From positions 248,001 to 312,000 of the forward strand of contig MU060965.1 in the NCBI GenBank assembly GCA_013265495.1: 64,000 bases of DNA, written 5' to 3'. Each line of letters begins with the position of its first letter. Within the stretch, counting starts at the first letter, position 1. Shown piece by piece: positions 50,694 to 61,150 of this stretch. The stretch comes from Vicugna vicugna. Lineage: Eukaryota. The position numbers were made by a program, and so were the translations under genes. The notes under the pieces are model-generated. The model had not been told where the DNA came from, made no database searches, and worked only from the letters and a program-made list of their open reading frames with translations.

Positions 50694-51138
50694 GTAGGGA
50701 ACCCGTCCTCACCCCCCAGCTGAGGGTGGGGAGCCCAACCTGTCGCCTGCGCTCACCTGCCTGACCACAAGTTTCTCCGATGGTGTCCCAGAGTGGGGGT
50801 TAATTATTCCGAGGGGACACTGGCATTTGAGAGGGGTGTGGCTTGGAGGGCGTCTGGCCTAGCATTCTCCCACCCTCCCTCCGGCCTCCGAGTGTTCACC
50901 CCCTCGAGGGCCTGTGCTTGGTGACACTGGCCGCCCCCCAGTGCACTACCCCTCCCACGGCCCCTCAGTGGACTCTGCTCAGCCCAGGGACCCTCATGCC
51001 TGGGGGGGGGCCACCCACAGAGGGCAGGGCAGGGGCGAGGCACAGCCCCGCATCTCAGCATTCACAGCTGCGGCCGAGTCTGCGCACAGCCTCTTTTGGA
51101 CGCCGCGCCCACTAGCCAGTCCGTCACACTGTCCCCAG

Positions 51139-51298
51139 GAGCACGTGCAGAAAGTTTTCCAGAAGCAGGAGAGCATGGAGGAGATGTTCCACCGGAGACA
51201 GGCGAGCCTGAAGAAGCTGGCGGCCAAGCAGACGCGGCCCGTGCAGCCGGTGGCCCCGCGGCCCGAGGCGCTCACGAAATCTCCCTGCCCCTCCCCAG
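51139..51298 (+). CDS. MCF2L: Exon 13 EHVQKVFQKQESMEEMFHRRQASLKKLAAKQTRPVQPVAPRPEALTKSPCPSP
   Basis: tccccag|GAG...CAG|gtacct, 160 nt, phase 0/1. Confidence 0.96.
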
Positions 51299-51966
51299 GT
51301 ACCTGCTGTCACCCCCTTAGCCCCAGGGAACGCCATCCTATGTCCAGACCACTTTGGAGATGAAGTTTTATCGGCAACCGGCCTGCCTGTTCATTCCCCC
51401 TGGTCCAAGCTGCTCCTCGCTGGTGCCGCAGAGAGTGGCTAGGCCAGGACCAGCACCACTGTTGAGGGCCTCTCCTAGGCTGGTCCCCACCCTCCAGGCC
51501 CACGGTCGGTCCCCAGGCACAGCCCTCCTCGAAGGCCGAGCTGAACCCACGGCCTTTCCCAGAGGCCCTTCCTGTCACCTCCTGTCCCCAGACACACTGC
51601 CCAGTGGCCAGGAAGCACCTGCCCTTTTCTTCAGCTGTGGCCAGTGTTGGCTGGGCTGGGGAGAGCCCTTGAGCCCAGTGTGCGGGGCCCAAGGGGACAT
51701 TACTCTGAGGCCCATCTGGGGGTGTCTGGGCACTGAGCCTCCCCTACAGGCCAGGAGCTGCAGCCCTGCTGGGAAGCAGACTCCCGCCGGCTCAGGCGCC
51801 TCCTGAGGCCCTGGCCCCGTCTCCCCAGTTTCCTCCCTTGTCATCCTGCTGGCTGCGCACCGCTTTTCTCCCAAAAGTTAAAAAATGTGCTGATCCTCCA
51901 GGGTGAACCCCGCCTCCCGGCGGGAAGATGCAGTCACACCCCCTCCTCCACTTGTCTCCAAACCAG

Positions 51967-52040
51967 GCATCCGGAGAGGCTCTGAGAACCACAGCTCTGA
52001 CGGCAGCGCAACCCGGAGGGGGCCCTACCGCAGGGCCAAG
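51967..52040 (+). CDS. MCF2L: Exon 14 GIRRGSENHSSDGSATRRGPYRRAK (linker)
   Basis: aaaccag|GC...AAG|gtgagg, 74 nt, phase 1/0. Confidence 0.94.
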
Positions 52041-52218
52041 GTGAGGGCCGCTGACGCCACCGCACAGTCGCCCACCGCCCCCCAGCTGCCCCTTCCCTCC
52101 ACGTCCTGCCTGCGGGGCCTCGGGTCAGCCCCAGACTGGACAGGAGCTTGGGGCCTTGGGAGGGGGCGCTGGGCGGCTCCTTCTGCTGTTTGAAAGCTGC
52201 GTGCTCTTGTCTCCCCAG

Positions 52219-52295
52219 AGCGAGATGAGCGAGGGCCGGCCGGGCCGGGGCAGCTCCACCGGGGACGAGGAGGAGAGCCTGGCCATCCTGCGGAG
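52219..52295 (+). CDS. MCF2L: Exon 15 SEMSEGRPGRGSSTGDEEESLAILR(R) (linker before DH)
   Basis: tccccag|AGC...GAG|gtgggt, 77 nt, phase 0/2. Confidence 0.95.
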
Positions 52296-53014
52296 GTGGG
52301 TGGGCAGCGTCCCCTCTGGGCAGCCTGGTCAGGACACCAGTGTGGCCCAACCAGATCTCAGCTTTTGGGAAGGGTCTGAAAGTCAGGGAGCCAAAGCAGG
52401 CGGAATCCGCCAGCCTCACCCCAGGGCCGCGAAGCAGAAGCAAAGCCGGTGGCATGCCGTGTCCACACCCGCGACCCCAAGAGAGGTTTTCCTCTGAAAG
52501 GCTGCGTTCGCCCCTGGCTTTCAGGTGGCGCTGGGGGATTGTTGTCTCTCCCCAAGTCTGGGGGGAGACTGGGGTGACAGCTCCCCGCCACCACCCCCGG
52601 GCCACAGCAGAGGCCAGGCCACAGACACGCCCCCTCCAGCCTGTCTCCTCGGTGCGGGCCCCTCCCTCTGCCCGTGAGCCTCCCCCCCAGCTCCACCTGC
52701 CAGAAGTCACTTCTCTCTCTTGATCCCAGCCCCTTGGCTCTTCCCCTGCCCCACCCGCGGAGGCTCTGCCTCACACCTACTCAGGCGTCCCACCCACTCC
52801 CTACCCCCTGCAAATGCCGGGAGAGCGTCTGTCCCCGCATAGAAGAACTGCGAGGTGTAAACTCAGGACCTGACAGGAAGGCGCTCCCCACGTCCTTCCC
52901 AGGACCAGCGGTCACTCCCGGGTCACTCCCTTCCAGCTGACCTGGACCATGCGCTGTGCCACAACGGCAGCCTGCATCCCCTGTGCCCTCCTGTGCCACA
53001 GGGTACTCGGAGCA

Positions 53015-53167
53015 CCCCACACTGCCTGGCCCTCTGTGGGGACCCCGAGCCCACAGTGCCCGGCCCTCCGTAGGGACCTCTCCCTGAGTCCACACTGCCC
53101 GGTCCTCTGCAGGGACCCCGAGCCCACACTGCCCGGCCCTCCGCGGGGACCTCTCCCTGAGCCCATG
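53015..53167. repeat. Short 73-bp-period composite repeat, about 2 copies of an A(34)+B(39) dimer
   Basis: gggaccccgagcccac recurs at 53039 and 53112, alternating with gggacctctccctgag. Confidence 0.75.
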
Positions 53168-53636
53168 CTCCCTCCCGCTCTCCCGAGCCCCTGCCTCCCA
53201 CTGCCCTGTGTGGAGCACGGGCACTGCTGATGTTGTCCCATGTGTCTGAGACCCGGCTGTGCTCTGAGGCCCCAGCACAGGCACACCCTTGGCTCTGTTT
53301 TCTGTGTGTGAAAACGGGAAGCTTGGTCAGGGGAGGTTGGAAGGTGATCCTCAGCCGTAAAACCTGTGCCCTCTGGGAGCCCAGACGTGACAGCAGAGCA
53401 GTCCCCGAGCTATCACTGCAGACGCACCATGTGCAGGAGGTGGTGCCACACGTGGTGGCTCTCCGGGCGCCTGGGCAGGTCTTCTCAGGGGAGGAGGCAG
53501 GAGGGCTGGGACGAGGGTGGGAGGACTTGGAGCTGGGGCCTGGGGCACAGGGAGGCCTGGAGTCGGGGCTCCTGGGAGTGCGTGGCAGGCCAGGAAGCTG
53601 CCCCTGCAGCTGTGAAAGCGGGTGCCCTGTCCACAG

Positions 53637-53703
53637 GCATGTGATGAACGAGCTGCTGGACACGGAACGGGTCTACGTGGAGGAGCTGCTGTGCGTCCTG
53701 GAG
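53637..53703 (+). CDS. MCF2L: Exon 16 HVMNELLDTERVYVEELLCVLE (DH, first conserved region)
   Basis: tccacag|G...GAG|gtgagt, 67 nt, phase 2/0. Confidence 0.97.
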
Positions 53704-54320
53704 GTGAGTGCGCTGGGGGCCCGGCCCACCCTGTGTGGCCTCACGTCACCCTGGGACAGTGTGTGCAGTGTTTGCGGCTGCACGAAGCGACGCCTGACCC
53801 TTAGGGCACAGATACAGACTGGGGGCCGGACGGGAGTGCGTGCGGCTCCCTGGGTGGGGGCCCTGGACAAGCAGAGCTGGCCCTGAGGCAGGGGGCTGAT
53901 GCCTGGGAGGGGCAGAGGGGCTTCCAGGTGCTGGAATGTTCTGTCCAGTGACCCGGTGGTGGACGCAGGCATGCAGACAGAAATAATCCATCAAGGTGCG
54001 CATCCAGTACTTGTCCCCTTCGTAGAAACTGTGCCTGAATTAAAGGTTTAGAGGGGAGTCAGAGGGAGCCCCCACAAGGTAAAACCAGTGCTGCTCGTAG
54101 CTCACTCGTGTTTCGTGGTGCTTCTCCGGAGAGTCACCTCAGGTGATCAGTGGGTGAATTCGAGGGGATCAGCCTCCCAAAACCGGAGGCAGCATCACTG
54201 CCCCCCCTGGCGGCCACGGGGAACCCACACTGCCAGGCCAGCTGCCGGGGCTGTGGTCCAACAGCCGGTGGTCTGTCCGCTGCAGCCCAGGATCCCCGCT
54301 GACCGCGTCCTCTCCCGCAG

Positions 54321-54436
54321 GGCTACGCCGCCGAGATGGAGAACCCTCTAATGACGCACCTCATCTCGACCGGCCTTCATAACAAGAAGGACATTCTCTT
54401 TGGAAACATGGAAGAAATCTACCACTTTCACAACAG
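54321..54436 (+). CDS. MCF2L: Exon 17 GYAAEMENPLMTHLISTGLHNKKDILFGNMEEIYHFHN(R) (DH)
   Basis: cccgcag|GGC...CAG|gtgggg, 116 nt, phase 0/2. Confidence 0.97.
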
Positions 54437-55262
54437 GTGGGGACTCCTTCCGGTCACCCACGGCTCTGCCTGCAGGAAGCCGATGCACAAACGGGCCGGC
54501 CCTACTTTGCGGGAGGGGGTGGGGTCGGGACTGGCCCTCCTCCCTCTCGGGGGTAAGCAGACCAGGAAGCTGGTGGCAGACCCCTCCCAGCGCCACGGGC
54601 AAGAGAGCACGGCGGCTGTGGGACCCGACCCACCCTCCTCTGGACTCCAGGAGGCTCTGGGGCGTCTGTCCAACCGCAGGCTTTTGCTTCTGGTCATCAG
54701 CCTCCCTCACGCACCTGCTTGTAAAGGAGGCGGCAGGTCTGCAGCTGGACCCCAGCCTGGAGTCCACCCCTAGGAACTGGGACGAGCGGGTGGCAGGTGC
54801 CCAGCATCCTGGGCCCTGGTCTGGAGTCTCGGCCCATCCTCGGTGCTGGGCCCCTGGCAGCCTTAGGGGGCAGTGCTAGCATCATGAACTGAGCCCAGGG
54901 AGCTCCTCTCCCAACAGACGAAGGTCAGAAGCAGGAAAATTCGGTCCACAGGCCCAGGGCAGTGCTGCGTGGAGGAGGGTCTGAGGGCAGAGCCAAGGCC
55001 CTGATACCTCTGCAGAAAACCCACTGGGCACACGGGATGCGAGGGCTGGGCTCTCAGGGCCTCAAGACCCTCTGGCTGTCTGCTGTGGCATCCCGTGGCT
55101 TCTGCATGACCGCCAACACCAGAGACATGGCGCAGCCACACGGGGCCCGGCCTGTGCAGAGTCCGGGCACGTGCCTGGAAAATAGCACCTAATAACTTGC
55201 TGCAGACGCCGCCTGACTCTGGGTGCTGTGCACGAGACCTAACGCAAGCTTTCTTTGTCTAG

Positions 55263-55332
55263 AATATTCCTGAGGGAGCTGGAGAACTACAAAGACTCCC
55301 CCGAGCTGGTGGGGAGGTGCTTTCTGGAAAGG
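55263..55332 (+). CDS. MCF2L: Exon 18 IFLRELENYKDSPELVGRCFLER (DH)
   Basis: tgtctag|A...AGG|gtatgt, 70 nt, phase 2/0. Confidence 0.96.
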
Positions 55333-55822
55333 GTATGTTCCTCTCAGCTGCAGGCTTGGCAGCGTCTTGCTGCTTAAAATTACTGCTTAGAGCAATAGTG
55401 ACTTTAAATTCTATCACAGTCGTTCTCTAACCCACCGAAATCATGCGTACAGATGTTTCCAGTTTGGCTGAGGTGACCTGATGCTTTTGGGAGGGCCGGA
55501 AAAGCAGAGTTTTATCAAAAACCCAATCACTGGTTCAAAAAAGAGGAAAGCTATAAAATGGCTATAAAGCGTCCGGGTGCTGACGGCAGGTGTCGGGTGA
55601 AGCTGACTTCCCTGCAGGCTGGTGTGGGTTTCGTGCTGGTCCCGCCCGTGTCTGGCCGACACTGGACAGCCACTGGCGCTCTCAAGTAGTAGGTGTGGGC
55701 ACGGTCTCGTGTCCCTGTGAGCCTGTGCCCCGCTCAGACTGGCCGTCAGGAATGATCCGCCCCCTCCCCCGCGCGCCCCCAGCCCTAATGCTGTTCGAGA
55801 CTTGCCGGGTCGTCACACTGTA

Positions 55823-56010
55823 GCTCAGTGGTTGTAAGTGGCCCGTTCCCACAGCATCAGCACCTCCTGGGAGGCTGGGAGCGGTGCAGGTTTTCAGGTC
55901 ACAGCCTGGACCTGCTGAGCAGGGCCTCCGGTGTGGGCAGCGGCCAGTGTTTATGGGGGGTTGTTAGGCCCACCAGCGTTATGATGCACGAAGTGTGAGC
56001 TGAGCCCGGC
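55823..56010. mobile_element. Degenerate MER5A-like (hAT-Charlie) DNA transposon
   Basis: cagtggtt...cagcatcagcacctcctggga...gacctgctga...gtgttt...gatgcacgaagtgtgag is colinear with the recalled MER5A. Confidence 0.55.
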
Positions 56011-56299
56011 AGAGTCTTTCTTTACAAAGTCAGTGTTGGTCCTGCGTTTATCCCTGAGGCACAGCCCAGCCATGTGGAGCTGGTCTTTGTGAAAGAGGGA
56101 CCAGGACGAGGGCAGCCCTGAGATGTGAACTTCCGGGCGGGGTGCGTCTGAGATGGGGGCTGACCCTGACTCAGGGAGAGGCCAGGCTGGGCCCAGAGGC
56201 AGAGACGCGGGGTGGGGGCATCGGAGGGGCTGACTGGGAAGGGCGGAGACCTGCACAGACACGGGGGCACCCCGTGATGCAGCCCGCATCCCGGTGCAG

Positions 56300-56392
56300 A
56301 TGGAGGAATTCCAGGTCTACGAGAAGTACTGCCAGAACAAGCCGCGCTCCGAGAGCCTGTGGAGGCAGTGCGCCGACTGCCCGTTCTTCCAG
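56300..56392 (+). CDS. MCF2L: Exon 19 MEEFQVYEKYCQNKPRSESLWRQCADCPFFQ (DH)
   Basis: ggtgcag|ATG...CAG|gtgtgt, 93 nt, phase 0/0. Confidence 0.97.
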
Positions 56393-56489
56393 GTGTGTTT
56401 CCTGCCCCTGAGCGCGGGCCTGCCTTTGCTGGTTGACTCCCTAACAAGGAACGGCGGGAACTGTCTAAACCCGAGCTTGGTGGTTGCAG

Positions 56490-56582
56490 GAATGTCAGAG
56501 GAAGCTGGACCATAAGCTAAGCCTGGACTCCTACCTGCTGAAGCCCGTCCAGAGGATCACCAAGTACCAGCTGCTGCTCAAG
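56490..56582 (+). CDS. MCF2L: Exon 20 [31 protein letters not shown] (DH, third conserved region)
   Basis: gttgcag|GAA...AAG|gtgaga, 93 nt, phase 0/0. Confidence 0.97.
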
Positions 56583-57295
56583 GTGAGACGCCGGAGCCCC
56601 CGGGGCCCCTCCCCCTCCAGCCTGGCCAGGTGCCCCCCGCAGCCCCCCTCCAGCTGGCCGCCCGCCCAGCACCACCCAGTGGCAGCTGCCCCAGCCAGTC
56701 CCTGAGCTCCGCGATGTCTGCGAGGCCCTGGCTCTTCACACTCCTTTGTGGGGTGTCACCGTTAGGGGCCAGGAACACAGCGGGACACAGGCAGGCCGGC
56801 CCTGCCCCACGAGCACATGCAGGGCCGCCTGCGTCCCACTGCCCTGGGGGCCCAGCGTGGGCAGCTCCCCAAGGCCCAAGTGAGAATGGGGTGTCGTGTC
56901 TGGAGGGAAGGAGTAATGGATCGGAACTAGGAGGTGGGTGCTCGTCCAGACCAGGTGCTGCAAGGGGACAGCGGAGGTCAGCCAATGACCTGCTCAGGGG
57001 ACATTCACGATTTGCAGCCTCCACGCAGGCTGCTGGGAAGGGTGTGGGGCCGCAGGGATGGAGAGGGCGGCTTCCTGAGCTGCTCCAAGGCGAGGCCAGT
57101 GGGCCAGGCAGGCCCCCCATTTGGGGAGCATGTGTGTGGTCCCATCCCTGGCGGTGACAGCTGCACAGGGAACCACACACATGTCCCAAGGATCCGGGCT
57201 CGGGGCCACTCAGGGCTGTGCTTGTAAGACAGAGCACGGGCCACTCATGGAGCGGTGGGGCTCAGTGTCCAGATGGGCTGTTGAACCTCCCGCAG

Positions 57296-57421
57296 GAAAT
57301 GCTGAAATACAGCAAGAACTGCGAGGGGGCCGAGGACCTGCAGGAGGCGCTGAGCTCCATCCTGGGCATCCTCAAGGCGGTGAACGACTCCATGCACTTG
57401 ATCGCCATCACTGGCTACGAG
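57296..57421 (+). CDS. MCF2L: Exon 21 EMLKYSKNCEGAEDLQEALSSILGILKAVNDSMHLIAITGYE (end of DH)
   Basis: cccgcag|GAA...GAG|gtgagg, 126 nt, phase 0/0. Confidence 0.97.
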
Positions 57422-57769
57422 GTGAGGGCCAGCGGTGCCCATGAGCCTGGGCACGCCGTCTGAGCAGGGTGGGCGGAGGCCGCCCCGTCACCGGTGCAGG
57501 CTGTGCACCCGCACCACCCAGAATCCCACCGCCACCTGACTCTGACTGCCCGGCCGGCTGCAGGCAGCTTCCCCCCGGTGGGTGCGTCCCTGCATGGACA
57601 GCCCTGAGGACCCTGCATTCCTGGCCTGTCCCTGAATCCGTTCTCTCTGGCGCCGCTTGTGAGCGTGGAAGTCGGGTTTCTCCCTCATCCTCTGCATGCC
57701 CACGTCAGGCGCACGCATGGGGCCTTTCTGAGTCCACCCAGCGTGCGTCCTCAGTTTGTTTGGTCTTTC

Positions 57770-58085
57770 TGTCAGTGGGCATTGTTTCTGGAGCCGTTTT
57801 AGGTTCACAGCAGAATTGAGGCGAAAGTACAGGGCTTTCCCGTTGACCGCCGCTCCCACACGCACAGCTGGCCCCACGGCCCCTGCCCCACACGAGCCGG
57901 GCCTCGGCCACCGTCCACAACACGGCATGAAGGGTCCACAGCGCACGCAGGGTCACTCTGCATTGTGTGTTCTGTGGGCCTGGACAGACGGATGACGCGT
58001 GTCCACCACTGCAGTGACAGAGCCTTTCGCTGCCCTGAACACCGCAGTTCCCGCTCCTCCCCCAGGGCCCCCAGGACCCCCAGCC
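57770..58085 (-). mobile_element. L1M (L1MA/MB-like) 3' end fragment
   Basis: gagccgttttaggttcacagcagaattgaggcgaaagtacag...gggtcactctgcattgtgtgttctgtggg matches the antisense L1M 3' end. Confidence 0.8.
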
Positions 58086-58178
58086 ATAGATGGCCTTCTT
58101 CCGCGTGTGGGGTCGTGGCCCTCCCACACGGCTCCGCGCGGCAGCACGAGGGCTCACGCCCTCCTTTGCCGCGCCCAG

Positions 58179-58400
58179 GGGAACCTGAGCGACCTGGGGA
58201 AGCTGCTGATGCAGGGCTCCTTCAGCGTCTGGACCGACCACAAGAAGGGCCACGCCAAGGTGAAGGACCTGGCCAGGTTCAAGCCCATGCAGCGCCACCT
58301 GTTCCTGCATGAGAAGGCCGTGCTGTTCTGCAAGAGGCGGGAGGAGAGCGGGGAGGGCTACGAGAAGGCCCCGTCCTACAGCTACAAGCAGTCCCTGAAC
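58179..58400 (+). CDS. MCF2L: Exon 22 GNLSDLGKLLMQGSFSVWTDHKKGHAKVKDLARFKPMQRHLFLHEKAVLFCKRREESGEGYEKAPSYSYKQSLN (PH)
   Basis: cgcccag|GGG...AAC|gtgagt, 222 nt, phase 0/0. Confidence 0.97.
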
Positions 58401-58559
58401 GTGAGTCCGCGCGCCGCCCAGCGCCCCGCCGTACCCTTGGGGGCGGGGCCTGGGACCCCCGGCGTCCTTAGCCCCCACCCCAAGCCATGGCACGGTGCCT
58501 TCTGGAGCGGGCAGTGCCCTCGCCACGCGCCCACGCCCTCCCCCACGCTGCCCTCCCAG

Positions 58560-58652
58560 ATGACAGCCGTTGGCATCACGGAGAATGTGAAAGGGGACAC
58601 GCGGAAGTTTGAGATCTGGTACAACGCCCGGGAGGAGGTTTACATCGTACAG
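58560..58652 (+). CDS. MCF2L: Exon 23 MTAVGITENVKGDTRKFEIWYNAREEVYIVQ (PH)
   Basis: ctcccag|ATG...CAG|gtaggc, 93 nt, phase 0/0. Confidence 0.97.
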
Positions 58653-58750
58653 GTAGGCCCGGCGCGTGGGGCCGTCTCCCGGGTGAGCCCGCAAAGTGTG
58701 TCCTCGGGGGACAGGAGCACTCACCTCCCGGCATTGCCTCTGGGGCACAG

Positions 58751-58829
58751 GCACCGACTCCCGAAATCAAGGCCGCGTGGGTGAGCGAGATCCGCAAGGT
58801 GCTGACCAGCCAGCTGCAGGCGTGTCGAG
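58751..58829 (+). CDS. MCF2L: Exon 24 APTPEIKAAWVSEIRKVLTSQLQACR (PH C-terminal helix)
   Basis: ggcacag|GCA...GAG|gtgcgg, 79 nt, phase 0/1. Confidence 0.96.
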
Positions 58830-58994
58830 GTGCGGTTTCCTCCCGGTGCCTTCTGTCCTGTTGCCCTAGGGGCCCTTTCCATGCGTTCAAAGCAGCCTCA
58901 AAATTCTTACCCTCTGAGACACCGCAGCAACTGGAGCAGAAGGAGCTCCATTTGCTTTGAGTTCCTGAGCCGCGCTGGGCTTCTGTCCCCGCAG

Positions 58995-59061
58995 AGGCCA
59001 GCCAGCACAGAGCCCTGGAGCAGTCCCATAGCCTGCCGCTGCCTGCGCCTGCCAACACCAG
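58995..59061 (+). CDS. MCF2L: Exon 25 EASQHRALEQSHSLPLPAPANT
   Basis: cccgcag|AG...CAG|gtgagg, 67 nt, phase 1/2. Confidence 0.95.
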
Positions 59062-59570
59062 GTGAGGACCTGGCCACCACCGCGTTGGGGGGTCACCGTG
59101 GGAATTAGCTCGGGCCACCGAGTCCACATGGCCCCGTCACCAGAGTCCCCTGGTCATCAGGATCACTCTGAGTTTGCCCAGAGGCCCCTGCGTGCATCCC
59201 TGGACCTACATGCTGGTGGCCAGTCCCAGCAGGTCAGCTTCAAGGCCTGTGTGCCTGGTCCCTGTCCCAGGTGGAGAGCGGCCCCCACATCTCTGGTGGC
59301 TTCCGTCTGTGGTGCAGTTCCTGCTGTGACCGCGTGTGCGTGTGGCTGTCCTGAAAGCGGTCGAGCACCAGCATCTCAGTGCTGGTCGCGCCCCCAGCAG
59401 ACAGGGGCCCTGGGGTGCAAGGAGCCAGAGCTGCTCCCAAGGCACCCAGCTCGCAGGCGCGGGGGCGCGTCTCACATCGGCATCGTTGCACCTTTTCTGC
59501 TCTTGTTTTTCCTTTGTTATTTCATTCATTCACTTGCTTTTTACCTTTTCCTCACATGTGCTGCCTCTAG

Positions 59571-59601
59571 TCATTCATGGAACAGGATACAGTCTGAATA
59601 A
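59571..59601 (+). CDS. MCF2L: Candidate alternative terminal exon adding (S)HSWNRIQSE-stop
   Basis: About 80-nt pyrimidine-rich tract then ctctag|T. Phase 2 fits exon 25. The TAA stop is embedded in AATAAATAAA. Confidence 0.5.
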
Positions 59602-59606
59602 ATAAA
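59597..59606 (+). terminator. Two overlapping AATAAA poly(A) signals inside the intron after exon 25
   Basis: gAATAAATAAAcc at 59597-59606 with U-rich sequence upstream. No clear GU-rich element downstream. Confidence 0.45.
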
Positions 59607-59879
59607 CCGCAAAGCAACAGGTTTAAAGGAAGAAGGACAGGGAGGGAGGAGAGGGGCCCACAAAGCCGCCTCCCACATAGCAGCTCGGAAGGCGGGTTTT
59701 GCTCTCACCTGGCTCCGCGGCTCAATCTGGACGCACGTGGCCGTGGCAGCTGTGCAGCGGGAGACGCGCGGCCGTCGGGCCTGGGGAGGAGCTCGGGGGT
59801 CTCCACCCCTCATCCTCGGAGCTTTGACAACTAATTGGGCGACACTCTCTTTCTTTCTTGACGTGTCCGATGTCCTCAG

Positions 59880-59998
59880 CCCCTTGAAAGGGAACACGAG
59901 AAACATCAAAAAGTTGGAAGAAAGGAAAACAGACCCGCTCAGCCTGGAGGGATATGTGAGCTCCACGTCGTTGCCGAGGCCCCCGGACAAGGGCAGAG
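59880..59998 (+). CDS. MCF2L: Exon 26 SPLKGNTRNIKKLEERKTDPLSLEGYVSSTSLPRPPDKGR
   Basis: tcctcag|C...GAG|gtgggt, 119 nt, phase 2/1. Confidence 0.95.
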
Positions 59999-60131
59999 GT
60001 GGGTGTTGGGGCCGGGCCGCGCAGCCTCCTGCGGCTCGGCGAGGCTGGCGGAGTGCGGGTCCCAGCCGCCCAAGAGGAGCGCGGAGGCCTTGCCCGCAGA
60101 GCCGCCCTGCACTGTCCCTCTCTTCCTCTAG

Positions 60132-60224
60132 ACGGCGCGGTCACCAGCTCTGCGTCAGAGAGCGCTGCGCTGGCGAGAAAGCGCTTCCCCCTGCAGGGCT
60201 TCACTGCCCTGAAAGGGCAGAAAG
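60132..60224 (+). CDS. MCF2L: Exon 27, symmetric cassette DGAVTSSASESAALARKRFPLQGFTALKGQK
   Basis: cctctag|AC...AAG|gtaaag, 93 nt, phase 1/1. Resembles an optional human segment recalled as DDTVTSSASESSALSRKRFTLQGFANLKGQK. Confidence 0.88.
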
Positions 60225-61150
60225 GTAAAGGCAGGGCCGGCGCTGCGCCTGCCCCGCCCCAGCCTGTCTGTCATCCATTTGTGCCGTGGTCGTTCGTGTG
60301 GACATCTCGGGGCCGTCCGCCTCCGCCATTGCCACGGAAGCATTTCCCATTGACTCACCCTTTTCCATTCGCCGCTGTGTCTGTTACACGTGCAGCCAGA
60401 GCTCTTTTCTGGGCTGTTTCTTTGGCAAAGTGGAGGCGAGCTCTTCCACCGAAGGCCTGCCCAGAAACTGGAGGAGACTGAAGTTGTCTCTTGCTTTTTC
60501 GGTCCAACTCCTCCCCACGCCCTCCCTCTCCGGCTTTTTCCTGCCGGCCCATGGCCGTTACCGTCCCTGCCATAGCGCTAAGTGCCAGCCCCGCCCCTGG
60601 CGTTTCAGGCCCGCCGCCCCGACTGCCCCGCCGTGCTCCTGGGCGGCGAGTGTGCAGGGGAGACACGGCGCAGCCGCGCACGAGGCGAGACCTGACGCCC
60701 AGGCGACTGTGAGAGGGCTCCCGCGAGTACTGGACGCCCGTCCCGCCTAGGGTCCTTCTCACTGGTCCAAAAACTTGGAGTTTTTTTTTCCAACTTATAA
60801 AATACTTTTAGCCTCAAACGAAAAAAAAAAAAATGACAAGTGCAGGTGCCACGCCCCTGGCCGGGTGTGGAGAGTCACGTGCATGCTCCACGAAGAGCCT
60901 GGCAAGCACACCTGAAAGACGCACCCGGGCCAGCGTGAGCCCTGCAGCTCCTCACGCTCTCCTGGGCCCTCCTGCCCCCTCTGGGCCCCTGGCGGCTTCG
61001 TTTGCTCCCCAGAAGCTGCTTCTTGCGTCAGTGACAGCGAGCCTGCTCGCCCCGTGTCCATCCCAGCGTGAACTCGGTGTTTTCGCGCCTCGCGGGTGGT
61101 CTGCGTGCTCCTCACTCTCCTGTTGTTTCTGCCTCTGCCTCCTCCTGCAG

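Noticed and set aside
55817-55840. gtagctcagtggtt as a tRNA or tRNA-derived SINE 5' end
   Set aside because: There is no B box, cloverleaf or tail. The downstream sequence fits a MER5A-like transposon better.
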